64,000 nt of DNA from Octopus sinensis (taxonomy: Eukaryota), in NCBI RefSeq assembly GCF_006345805.1, contig NC_043000.1, forward strand, positions 53,630,001 to 53,694,000, in the 5' to 3' direction. The stretch's first letter is position 1. Each line of letters starts with the position of its first letter. The translations under genes and the position numbers were made by a program. Below the pieces are notes generated by a model, which did not search any database, was not told the DNA's origin, and worked only from the letters and a program-made list of their open reading frames with translations. Shown piece after piece: positions 24,565 to 37,226 of the stretch.

Positions 24565-27500
24565 TGTATATATCATTAAGTGTATGTTTATATATATCCA
24601 TGTATGAGCATATCTTTGAATGAGACTGTGACTTCGTGCTGACTAATGTAACAATGGTGTGTCACTATGGCATCTACTGAACTCAGTCAGGAGTTGCGGG
24701 TGGAGGCATGTATGCATGCATGCACATGCACACAAACATGCACACACACATACACACACAAATGCACACATATGTATGCACAGAAAGAAGCTACAGCATT
24801 TATAAATATATATCCAACTATATATATATACATGTGTGTAAACACATATGTATGCATATGCCTCTCTCCACCCACCCCGGCCATCAGATTTACCAGTAAT
24901 TCCCTGCATGGCTTCTCACTATGAAATTTTGGTCAATTTGATTCTTTAGTAGAAGAAGGATTGAACTCGGAACCACATGCCTGCAATACTTGTATTGTAT
25001 TTAGAAATAGGAAAACCTTACTTATACTATATTTGCTGGGATGAAAATTTCCTCATAAATAAGAATGAATGAAATAAATATCAATTCAGTATAATGTCAA
25101 TATGACTACTAGCTTTTGACTCTTGATTGAAGTAAACCTTTATTTTGTATCATTTTGAGTGTAGAACTGTTTCGATATAAAGACAAAATACCTTTAAAAA
25201 AATCAGCAGTCATCAATATTAGCAAGAATAACTGATATTGTAAAATGCAGTACCATGTAACATTCATTGATTTTAGAGATTAAAATTGAAGTTCAAAATG
25301 TACATTAACAACTTGTTGTAAACAAGTCAATCTATTTAGTTTGTGTTCCAGACTTAATTACCATTCATTCGAATAATTATGGTTCTCTAGAGGTTATATG
25401 TTCATTTTCTATAGATTTCTGAAAATAAATAAGAGAATTTCTCAATATTTTACTGTGTATAACACATGCCGACTAGATGGTTCTTGAGTGCATCCTTGAT
25501 TAAACTGTAGTAAGAAGAAGTTATATATAAATAAAATGCTGAAGTAAAATAAAAGTATTTTATCCAAAGTAGATTTAGAAGTGAATATTCAAAAGCAGAA
25601 ATAAAGCAAATTGGTTGAATGTTTACATATTTCTATACTTAAAATAGGAGAAATATTGACTTTTACTTGCATTTCACTTCTGTTGTTTATAAATGGCAGT
25701 AAACTTAAATATAGATCAAATGGTACATTAGTGTGTTTTAATAAACAATCCAACAATGTTCTATATCTGCAAATAGATATAACATGATATTCAAATATAT
25801 AGTTACTTATGTGAATAAAAGCTGGATAAATCAAGAGCTAAGTGCATTCAAGTGATTCTTCAGGTATCATTCTTTCATAGACATTAGAAATAATAATACA
25901 GTTATGAAAGTTTGAAGCAACATGTCAATATTCTTTTAAATATAAATAGACATTTTAACATTTTTATATCACACACTTTTGTTGTTATATAACCCTAGGT
26001 CTGACTTGATTATGCATGCCCACTATACTATCTTTAATTCATACAGGCTATCTCAGACTGTATTTAGTTTTAAATGATGGGAGTATAACGTTTTAAAAAA
26101 AATATGCTTGCTATTTGTAGGTAGTTGAGCTATCATAGAGACACTTAATTATTGTCACATCTATATTGCTTATTTTACATCTATTTTTAATGTCAGGGGT
26201 TACATTTTATATGTATTATGATCCAAACCTTAACATAAACTATAACAAACTACTCAGTGAAGGTAATTGCTTGGAGATGTCACTCTAATTTAATTACTTG
26301 CCTTGAAATATGCTGCAAACTATGTAATCAAATGGACTGGCTATTCTACTCATAAAGATATGGATTTAATTCCTAGACCAAGTGACTCATTGTGCTCGCA
26401 AACACTATTTATGTTGCACCAGTTTATTCAACTGTAAATGAATGCTAGCCAGGTAGTTGGCAGATCTTTTCCTCAAGTTCTCATATCTTGGATGTGTGCA
26501 TGGACTGAAGGTGAGGTGGATGATAGGGGATCTATATGTGCTTGAAACTACACAGACACCGAAAACAATTAACGAAGGCATAGTACAAATTACCTAGCCA
26601 TACTTACTTGCAAGTGGTGACTTGCCTTCTGCCAAGAATGCTGGGCCTAAAAGGATGAATATGTAAGCACATTGTCATTTCTACCATCAAAATTAACAGC
26701 TGTTTTGCACTTATGACATCTTTTATCAGTCTAGTGAATGTTTTAGTGCTACTTTAAAATATTGATTAAAAAAGATAATGTATATAAAAATCTTAGTTTG
26801 GCTCCAAAGACATCTTCTTCTCGTATACATCATCTGTCATGTTTCTGATGTTTATTGGAATTCATCAGATTTTCTCCTCCAACCAATCAAGTCAAAATTG
26901 ACCAAGCAAACTAGTGGTCTTCCCTTTTAATCCAAGTCTGTCTAATCTTTGAAGATTCTGTCGTGGCTCCTTTTGCTGCACCACTAACTCCAAGCCTAGT
27001 AAGATCATTAAAGAGAGAGAACTCCCCCAAACACCCAGAAGCCTACTTCAATTAACTCGTCAGTAACTTATATTTGGCAGGGTTTCTCTCATGAGCTCCC
27101 TCCATCTATGCATTCTTTGCAGGGCACAATTAGCTGCCACATGATCGTGCACACACACACAGCCATACTCATAGCTGGTAGAAACACACACACGTGCATA
27201 TATCCGTATAAATGAAGTGGTGTGGTACCTCTTGTCACTTCAATGAAGGAGATTTCAGTAAGACACGGCTGCACTGTTATAGTTCAATATTTTGCAATGT
27301 CATCATGATATTGTTGGTGTTGGTGCTGGTGTTTTGCTTTGCTGAACAAGCTGCACAATGAATATTACTTAGTGGGCATAGTTTATAGAAAGTCAGTCCT
27401 ACTTCCTTTCTCTTCAGACATGTATTCGTCTGGTGCAAATATTATTATAAGCCCAGTAGTTATTAGGATTCAGGATTCGTATGGAGTTATCTTCTCTTAG

Positions 27501-27716
27501 ATGATCAGCTACAGTGCTGAAGGGCCTCATCTGCCCTGGGTCTTTTGGGGGTGTCTAGAAGAGACCTTTTTCTGAAAGCAATTTCGTGACATGCTAATAA
27601 ATCCAAGCTGGGCCACTTAAAGATGCTACAGCTGCAGTCAGAACAGATCTGGAAATATCTGTGGTTAAGAGATATTCCACATTCCTCAAAACCCACATAA
27701 TACATACATACATACA

Positions 27717-27749
<33 letters not shown>

Positions 27750-27917
27750 TCATTTTGCACAAATTTCATTCAAACAGGTGACAACCAGATTCACATCATT
27801 AGTAAGCCCCAAGAAAGTGAAGTGCATCTGTTTCTCTTGTGAATAACTGCAGCAATGTGGATTGTTCCGCTTTAATACAACACATCTATGAAGCTTTATG
27901 TTTTCTAAAAATGCATA

Positions 27918-29574
27918 TCTCTTATTATAAAAGGCAGATTTTATCTGCCTCTCTTTGTAACTTATAGAAATCTACAATATCGGATTTCTTCAATTACAAT
28001 TTACCTAGCATTTTTAAGAGTAGAATGCATCGGGTCATGCCAGGTCCAGTTTTTAAAATTTAAACTCCAATTAAGCAAAATTTACAGAAAACTCACATTC
28101 TGGTGTGTATGTCAAATGCTTTTCTTAATGTGGTTTACACCACACGCAGACGCACACACACAGTGTGCAACGAATAAAATGAAAGTAAATAGCGACAGAG
28201 TGATTTGAGGAAGACTAAACTGAAAGTATTTAAACCACTACTCAAAAAATAAAAAAACACAGCAAACAGAAACAAATAAACACATAACGATTTACTCCTC
28301 ACACAATTTCTTCAATTAGAGTTTACCTAAGATTTTTCAAAGTACTCCATTCGGTCATGCCATAATATATTTCTTTCAATTTCACCCCCAATTAAGACAA
28401 AATTCGAGAAAACTCAATATTTTAACATTTCACTCCGAAAGCATTGATGTACATGTGTGCGTGCGTGAGTGTGTGTGTGTGTGTTTGATGGGTTGTGCGA
28501 CACAGAAAGTGTGGTGTGTAAGTGAAGTGCTTTTGTTAGTGTGTGTAAAGAGACAGACAGAGTGAAAGACAGAAATAACTGAACTTTTTTTATTCACTTT
28601 TTGTAGTGAGTGACTGAGAGAGAAAAGAGAGAGAGAGGTTATGTATGTATATATGTATGTATGGCTTCAGTGACACACACACACAAAAACACATACCTAC
28701 GTACACCTAAAGCACGCACACACACACACACAAGCGGAGCGCGAACTTCAAAATTTTGGTAGTATTAATTTGCGAGCGTACTTCTAAGCGCGCGTAATTG
28801 AAAGTTTTCACTATGATATCATCACGTGCGAAAAAATTCGAAGGGTTTTGAACAATTGGGATACAGATGTCACGCCTGTATTGAAACCATTGCTAAGCTG
28901 CCGTAATTGCTTAATTAAGACTTTGTTTAAATTGAAAGGGGCAAATATGTGACGAGGTTGAAAAAAAATACCCCAGAAAAAAAAATGTACTGCTGGTATT
29001 TATATAATTCACTACTATTTTGCTACAATGTCATGAAAAAGAAAAAAAATAGGTATGTAAATCGAATTCGCCACCCCCTTTTCCCCGTTCGCGTTTGTGT
29101 AAAAAAAAATATTATTTAAGTTTTAAAAATTATTTACTTTGTTCAAAAAATATTAATATCAATTAATTTTCAAGAATTATTTAATTTTATTCTGTAAAAT
29201 AGTAATTAATTCATTTATCTGTAAATCCGCGAGGTTGTTACTCAGGCACCTAGAATGGTAACCTTCAACTAACACTATCTCCTCCGAGACCCTGCGGCGC
29301 AAGTTGACCAAAATTGAGAGTATGGTAGAAGAAGGGTTGCTCTTCCTTCCGTAGAACATAAAATTCAAATCGGACCATGTTAACACCAAAAATTATTTAC
29401 ATCAAAAAGATGCTTTTTTCTATGAAAATCCCTATTTTTTACGATTTTTTCACTGCTGTGTCGCCACTTTTCGGTGTATTTCGACCAGAAAAATGTTCAC
29501 AAAATTTTTACTTTTCAAAATTACAATTCCAGATGGTCGAAACAAACCCGAGCAACGCCGGGCGATACTGCTAG
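27918..29574 (+). mobile_element. Non-autonomous Helitron, apparently complete (~1.66 kb)
   Basis: 5' end A|TCTCTTATTATAAAAGG at 27918. The 3' end has the hairpin CCCGAGCAACGCCGGG (29547-29562), an 8-nt spacer and CTAG|T (29571-29575). There is no TSD, the insertion lies between A and T, and there is no coding region. An internal degenerate direct repeat lies at ~27975-28100 and ~28303-28425. Confidence 0.75.
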
Positions 29575-29890
29575 TACATTTATACAGATATGCATGCATA
29601 CATACATACAGACAGACAGACAGACAGACAGATTATGGTAATGGAGTAGATAAAACCCAGGCTACATATATTTCATAGTTAGCAGAACTTCGGAAATAGT
29701 AATTATCCAAACGAGGAGAAGTCTAGTAGTTACTCATCTCCATTTAATTAAATGGAGATTACATTGTCGTTAAGGGATCCCATGTTAACTCGCAGATTTG
29801 ATTGAAAGTCCGTGTAAAGCACGGAGTGAGGGAACAAATGGGAAAACATATCTGTGAAGAAATAATATATAGGAGTGGGTAAATGTCTAA

Positions 29891-30140
29891 ATTTACATTA
29901 TTTACATTATTTACAATTGACAGATATTTGTCCTCATCTTATTTGTTGTTAACACAACGTTTCAGCTGATATACCAGGTGTCTTGGGGAAATTTCGAACC
30001 TGGGTTCTCACTCCTAAGGTATTTTTCGATGTTGTTGTTGTTATTCTTCTTCTTCTTCTTATTATTATTATTCAGGTCACAGCCTGGAATCGAACTAAGA
30101 ATCTTGGGGTGAGTAGCCCGCGCTCTTAACCACTACGCCA
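29891..30140 (-). mobile_element. tRNA-headed SINE-like unit: Pol III head + (TAA/AAG/AAC)n + body with a partly deleted hammerhead
   Basis: The minus-strand head 30140-30075 has an A box TGGCGTAGTGG and a B box GTTCGATTCC. The body contains GACAC CT(deletion)GGTATAT CAGCT GAAAC GTT GTGTT. Confidence 0.7.
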
Positions 30141-30162
30141 TAATAATAAAATAGTAATAATC

Positions 30163-30193
<31 letters not shown>

Positions 30194-30392
30194 TAATAAC
30201 AACAACAACATCGAAAAATACCTTAGGAATGAGAACCCAGGTTCGAAATTTCCCCAAGACACCTGATGAATGCTGGAGGGTAGATCAGTCAAAACGTTGA
30301 GTTAACGACAAACAAGATGAGGACAAATATCCGTCAATTGTAAAACATGTAAATAATGTACATAATTCCTCATCTCTTAAATATAGAACTGT
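30141..30392 (+). mobile_element. Second, headless, inverted copy of the same body with a decayed hammerhead
   Basis: Reverse-complement match to 29891-30060. It contains GACAC CTGATGA A TGCTG-gagggtagat-CAGTC AAAAC GTT GAGTT at 30258-30303. Confidence 0.75.
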
Positions 30393-33291
30393 AACGTCTG
30401 AATTTGTTAAGGAAAAGAATAAGAATACTAATAAAGAAAAGGAGTGAGGCAAGAGTGGAGGAAAACATTTAGTATTATTGAAACTGGCTAGGAGAATGTC
30501 CTTGTGAATTTAGGTTACGGTCATTTACTGGGTCTACTGTAGAATAAGTAAATATATTGTGGTAACATGTAAATACATTTAGAGTAAAAAAAAATAAAGT
30601 AGAAGAATGTCAATAGGAGAAGAGAAAGAGGTATAGGAGTGGTTGTAAGTTAGAATTTTTTGGAGACGAGGAGAAAAGGAGAGGAAGGGGAAGATAATGT
30701 TTTTGGTCAGTAAGGAAACATCGTAGTTCTAGGTAAGTTGGTAGTTTATCGCTTAACTCTAAAATTATAGAAGTACACATAAGCACGCATTCTTGTAAGT
30801 TTTTCACCTGTGGTATCTTGTAGGTCTGCATGTGCGCATGGGCTCTTGTATATTTTCAATGTGCAGAGGAAAGGTGTAGGGAGATAAAAAGTTTAGGAAA
30901 AATATAAAATATAAAGATAGAGAAATAAAATAAAAATATGAAAAAAAGAAAGAAAATATCAAACTTGTTTAAAGGTTGTCATAAATACATGGAACAGCTG
31001 CAAGTGGAGGCAGAGGAAAAGTTAGGGAATGACAGGGAATAGAGCGCGGTTATTTGTACTTTGAGAATGTGTTGCATAATCTATGTCTGCAATTAAAAAT
31101 TAGATGATTTCGTTCGTTCAAACAGTTGGTAGATTGGCATCGACTGTCTGAGGGACAGGAGGTGGGGTGTCTACAGCTGCATAGGATTCTAGAAGGTGCT
31201 ACAAATGAATTTACAGCCATCTAGTGTTGGCCCGGTATTATATTAATCATCCGTTGTGGCTTTACAAATGAAATTTTTTTAGGGTGTTGGTGAAGTCATC
31301 ATGGGATGTAGTTTATAATAATTCTCGTGTCTAATATTATTTCCATCATTCCTTATTTCGTTAGCGGATTACCTCTCGTTTGGATAATTACTACTTTCGA
31401 AGTTCTGTTAGCTATGAAACATATGCTGCTTGGATTTTATCCATAAATTTGGATTTTTAATCGCATACACGGCAACCCCAATTGCTAACCGCGAACTATA
31501 AAATAACGTTTTTTCAGCTTATGGGGAAAATTTAAAACCTTCTATGTCAATAAACCTTTATCGTTCCTGGACGTTGTTTCTTATACCTTCTACGGACTAC
31601 TGGAAGCTTACCTACTTCCTACACCGTGATCCTTGCAGCTTACCTTTACACACAAGCATACACACATATGTATACACACACAAACAATTGTAGCAATAAC
31701 AGATAACCCATTCGTCTGTTGTTATATATAATAACGACAGCAACAGAGGAACAGATTATCTGGTTTTTCTATAATTGCTTTCTTAGAAATATTTATTGTG
31801 ACATGATCATAATGCAATCTGTTAGATTGCGTAAAATATTCCATAACTCTTACCTCGTCAGGTAATCAAATAAAGAAGTGAACAGTGGCTTGTTGATTAA
31901 TCAACACATTATCAGCAAGTGAAATTTCTAGTGAGAAATCCAAACATTTAAAAAATTTAAGATGGGTTTAACTCATGTTGAACCTCAATTATGTTAAACC
32001 TCAACCTGTTAATCTGGAAGAGTGGAAGTAAGTTCGTAAAGATTACAGCATTTAAAGACATTAATATAATAACGAAGTCGTTAATCCTAGCAACCTCATT
32101 AGTAAAAGCCTGTAGTGGTAAAATTTACGCAAACACAGCAGATAGTTGGCGCCAAGCATGCTATTCGACCCTATCAAAAAATGTTCAAAGTTATTCACCA
32201 GTGCTGCTCTAAAATCTTTTATTGTACTGTATAACCTTAGATTTAGCCTTAGTTGTTCATTCATTTAATCACGTTAAATGTGTTCCAAAAGATCATTACT
32301 GGATTAATAGAAAACTAGCATCAATTATATGGAAATTCCGTTCATTATAATACAGAGAGAATAATTTAGGGCAAAACTACCAGCTAGTCAAGTTCAGTGC
32401 AAAAATTACTTGAGGATAGGAATGAAAGAGAAAGATGGGAGGAAAGGAAAAGGCGTAATAAAAATACTATAGGATCCAACAAGTAGAGAGGAAAAATCAA
32501 GTAAACAGAAAGAACATTTAGAGCGAAAGTGGTACATGCACTGACAAAAAATATGGTATTGGTATGAATAGCTAAAGAAATATGCACCCTAGAGTAATGA
32601 AATTTGTGTAGGTAATAAACCAAGTTATTTGTATATATTCTGCCACTACTGGCTTTTGCTGATGAGGTCGTCAGGATTAGTCTTCTTTAGGGTATTAATG
32701 CCTTTAACTATCGTTATATGTGCGACTTTATCGCATTATCCATCTCTCTCCATTGACAGTTAGGGGACACACCTACTTTAAATTTCTTAAAAGATGGTAC
32801 GTTGAACTGAAAATTGCACTTGATAATGGCGCGTTAATTACTCAACAAGTCACTGTTTGCTTGTTTATTTGGTGACCTGAAGAGTTGAGGGTTATTGGAC
32901 ATTTTACATTGGACATTAATTGTATTATGCTTTAATCACAATAAAAACCTTTGACGAAAGAATGGTAACCATACCAGATAATCCATTCATTGGTTTTATA
33001 TTTTTACATTTCCACTCACCGTTGCATAAATTTGGATTCTTTTGGATACAACTGGGATTCTGAATTAACCAGCAATCCTGAGCCTCCTTCATTGATCCAT
33101 TCCGTACTAAGATTTGGCTATTTAAATAACTAATTTACGGTTATTCTGTCTAGCGAATTAGTGGCGTGCTTCACAGTGATATGCATTGATCCTTTATCCT
33201 ATTATAATCAATACTATATATATTGATAAAAATGGTAAGACAACAAAAAAATGAAAGAGATGTCGATATTATGTAAATAGAGGAATTTATC

Positions 33292-33399
33292 TGTAAATGT
33301 AATATGTGACAATTAATCGATAGCCATGATAAAACCCCGGCATCCGAAATTCGGAGTTGTATTATGGCTACCGAATAATTGTCACATATTATATTTACA
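33292..33399. repeat. ~108-bp imperfect palindrome (hairpin / mini-MITE)
   Basis: AATATGTGACAATTAATCGATAGCCATGATAAAAC versus the reverse complement AATATGTGACAATTATTCGGTAGCCATAATACAAC, with a ~20-nt GC-richer spacer. Confidence 0.8.
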
Positions 33400-33405
33400 T
33401 ATATA

Positions 33406-33480
<75 letters not shown>

Positions 33481-33580
33481 TATATATGTAGCAATTTAAT
33501 CTTAATCTTTAATCTGACAAAATATATTTTGTGTCATCAGTGGCTCTTTCTGCCCCGCTGCCTGTCTCCCACTTTCTAAG

Positions 33581-33638
<58 letters not shown>

Positions 33639-34037
33639 TGTGTGTGTGTGTGTGCGTGCGTGTATGTGCGTGTGTTTGTGTGTGTGAATGTGTGTGTTAC
33701 TTAAACACACAGACAAACCAAGAATGTAGTTCACATTTATTGCAATTATTTTTTATGTCAAACTGAATGAAATGTAGCTGAATGTTACATTTCAAACATT
33801 TGCTTATCTTCCGTATACAATAACGATATGAGTAGAGCAGATCACTTTATCAATCTAGATATTTTCTCTTCCTACTCATTTCTATTTTGCTGGCGGGTAC
33901 ATATCAAATAGTGTAAATGTTACTTCGCAAAAATATTGTGTGATTGTACGATTAGAAAATGTTGAATCTAATATTTTATGAGATATTGTTACCCATGATC
34001 ATATTTATTGAGCAACTGATATCTGTTTCTTTAACAT

Positions 34038-34175
34038 TTACTCTTTTACTCTTTTACTTGTTTCAGTCATTTGACTGCGGCCATGCTGGAGCACCGCCTT
34101 TAGTCGAGCAAATGGAGCCCAGGACTTATTCTTTGTAAGCCTAGTACTTATTCTATCGGTCTCTTTTGCCGAACC
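34038..34175 (-). mobile_element. 3' fragment of SINE family B
   Basis: Reverse complement of the family B tail (CTCTTTTACTTGTTTCAGTCATTTGACTGCGGCCATGCTGGAGCACCGCC). Confidence 0.85.
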
Positions 34176-34442
34176 AATATTTTTTAGTATATTCTTTGAT
34201 AAAAAAAATGGTTACGACAAATAGTTGTTCCTTCATTGTTGATAGAGCAATGTAACCAAATAAGTATGAAAAAGCTACAGGTGGAGATATGACCTTACAA
34301 CCACTTCTTTTGGGTTCCGTCTTGCAGCACAGTACCTCTACTAAGGGATTTTCACTATAACCTCGGGCCCAACGATGTTTTATATGTGGATTTGGAAGAC
34401 AGAAATGTTACGTCCGCATGTCTTTTATGTGCTTGTATTATG

Positions 34443-34473
<31 letters not shown>

Positions 34474-34708
34474 GTACGCTCGCACACACACTCACACACG
34501 CGCGTGCACACTCACACATACATCTTAAAATAAAGACTTGTAAATTTGGTACATTTTCAATTCCATGTATCATGTAAAGGAAATGCGTTATGAATACAGT
34601 AGGGATTATTAACCCCTTTATATGAATGTATACATATATATATATACACACACATGCATATATTTATTATATCTTCATGTATATCTACATGCTTATATCT
34701 GGGTGTAT

Positions 34709-34740
<32 letters not shown>

Positions 34741-35174
34741 GTAAATGAGATCAGCAAAAATTTAGATTCAGATGAATATGGTACTTAAGTTGAGGCATCA
34801 GAATTTTGTACGGTATTATCCATACAATTTCAAAATAAAGTTATTAAAATCAAAATAAGCAACAAGGATATCCAGAGATAATGCAGTACGATCGTTTCAT
34901 GTAACTCCATTTATCTGTATGTATGGATGTATCTCTCTATTTATGTATATAGATATTTATTTATGTAAATATCGAACAATGAGAATGAGTGTTCAACACT
35001 GCATTGGTGAATAAAGATTCTTTACATTTTGAGATCAACTTTGCCTTTCATCCTTTCAGGGTGGATAAAATAAGACTTGTCCATTCCCAGTAATGTTGCT
35101 GTCTTTGTGACACAATTTGAAACCATTCTTCTTCTTATTATTATTATTGATAATGCTAATACTACTACTACTAC

Positions 35175-35228
<54 letters not shown>

Positions 35229-35230
<2 letters not shown>

Positions 35231-35785
35231 GCCCTGATGCAGTACCAGGCAGTGGCTCTCATGGCTTCTGATCTTAACTGATTGGAAGTGTTATCATGTA
35301 CATTGTTTTGTCTTGGTATAAAAGATGGGCTACAGCAAATATTCTGCTCAATACCACAGATTTGCTTGTCATTTGTTTGACCTTAACCAGTTGAGCATGT
35401 CCCTTAGTGGCTGACGATATGTGCATCTCTGATCACGAGCAGAAGTAGTGGGGGAGCATGATAGCCATGTGTTGAGAGGGATTCTTTGGGGTTTGAATAA
35501 TTCACCTCTGGAAACATGGGTGTTTCGTTCAACGTCCTTGGACAGCCCTTATTCAGGGACCTTTTGAGCTGGATGGGTTACTCGACCAGAAGAAAATTCT
35601 AACTGGGCTCCACCTGCAAGGTCATGTGCTGTTTATCTTGATATGAGATCACCATGTCGCGCACATATGGTTGTGATGCATGTGCCTGGTGTGCCCTTAT
35701 CGGACAGGTAGTCATGATGGGTATACTGGGCTTCGTATATTTTACCCCAGTGTCACTTTGATGGCATGCTCTGCTCGCTCACTCA
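35229..35785. mobile_element. Non-coding, relatively GC-rich interspersed-repeat-like block flanked by (TAA)n
   Basis: A sharp compositional block between (AAT)n tracts (35160-35228 and 35786-35805) with no ORF. The family is not identified. Confidence 0.4.
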
Positions 35786-36857
35786 ATGATAATAATAATA
35801 ATAATTGTAGTTATTAGTATTTAAAGAACCACAGCTAATTAATATTTGACACAGGTATGCAATCAACAACGAGGAAAAAATATATATAAAAAGAAGGAAT
35901 CTGCACAACTGTTAACTTTAAAACAAGCGCAAAACTGGCTTTGAAGTTTGAAACCAAATTTCAATTCAACATCTCTGAAATGGCGAAGTGTCGTAGCTGG
36001 ACCGGAAAAGGTGTGAAGAGCATCGGGAAAAATTTCTAATGGCGTGACGTCCACTTTGTTTTGTAACTTACAGGTTTGATAAAATAGGGTAACAGCAGAA
36101 TAGAAACTGATTCCGGTGTGTATATGACTCAATATTTGAAGATATCAGTTTCAATTACATTTAAACCTATTCAGGTTTACACTATTACATGGTACTTGAT
36201 TGACTTTAGTTCTCCTTTTTTTGTTTTTTACAAGAATCATTCAATCCATTCAGGCCTTGTTCTCTCCGTTCTTGCATACTTCTTGGGAACAAAAACCTGC
36301 AGATATTCAGACCAGAAAATTAGCCACAATAGTCTTATCGTCTAGGAGTTTTGACAATTTTGTGGATACTATTTCACATACTTTGTGATTAACGTATATA
36401 AAACCAAAATTAAAATGTCTATGTTCTTTATAGCAAACATTTCCCCTGTATTCTGAGATATTTGCTGATTATAAAAGAAATTTAATTCTTAGAATTATTT
36501 TGGAACAGATATCAACTGATGCTAGGAAATAAATAAACAAAAGAAGAGTCAATTTTATGGAACCAATCTTAATGGATCAGACATTAAACAGAGGTATTCA
36601 TGTTGTTTGAATGATGTCGTTTTAGAGGGAGTTATGTCTCCAATGCCATATAAAAATGTGTAACTTGTGAATTGAGGAGTTTAAGCAGCTATTTTTGAAA
36701 TAAGTTTTTATAATGATCAATTTCCCTTAGCTGCAATAACTTACATAGTGTTATTGAAGTAATTAAATAATAATTGCTTTTAGTATGATATTGTTTTATA
36801 AATATATTTATTGATGGTGTCATAAAATATCTACTAGATTCATTGGGATTAATGGAA

Positions 36858-36872
36858 TTATTATTATTATTA

Positions 36873-36908
<36 letters not shown>

Positions 36909-36925
36909 CATTATCATTTTTATTA

Positions 36926-36959
<34 letters not shown>

Positions 36960-37039
36960 CATTTTTATTATCATTATCATTTTTATTATCATTATTATTA
37001 TTATTATTATCATTTTTATTATCATTATCATTTTTATTA

Positions 37040-37072
<33 letters not shown>

Positions 37073-37186
37073 TATTATCATTTTTATTATCATTATTATT
37101 TTTTTTTATTATCATTAATAATAACAACAACAACAACAGCAACAGCAACAGCAACAACAACAATAATAATAATAATAATAATAATA

Positions 37187-37222
<36 letters not shown>
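36858..37222. repeat. (TAT/CAT)n tract abutting an (AAT/AAC)n tract, with higher-order substructure
   Basis: Read directly from the sequence. It is the source of the poly-Y and poly-I ORFs. Confidence 0.9.
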
Positions 37223-37223
<1 letters not shown>

Positions 37224-37226
37224 CAA

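Noticed and set aside
35863-36132. 89-aa minus-strand ORF and an overlapping ~50-codon plus-strand open frame
   Set aside because: No recognisable domain, no convincing splice signals, and a length within chance expectation.
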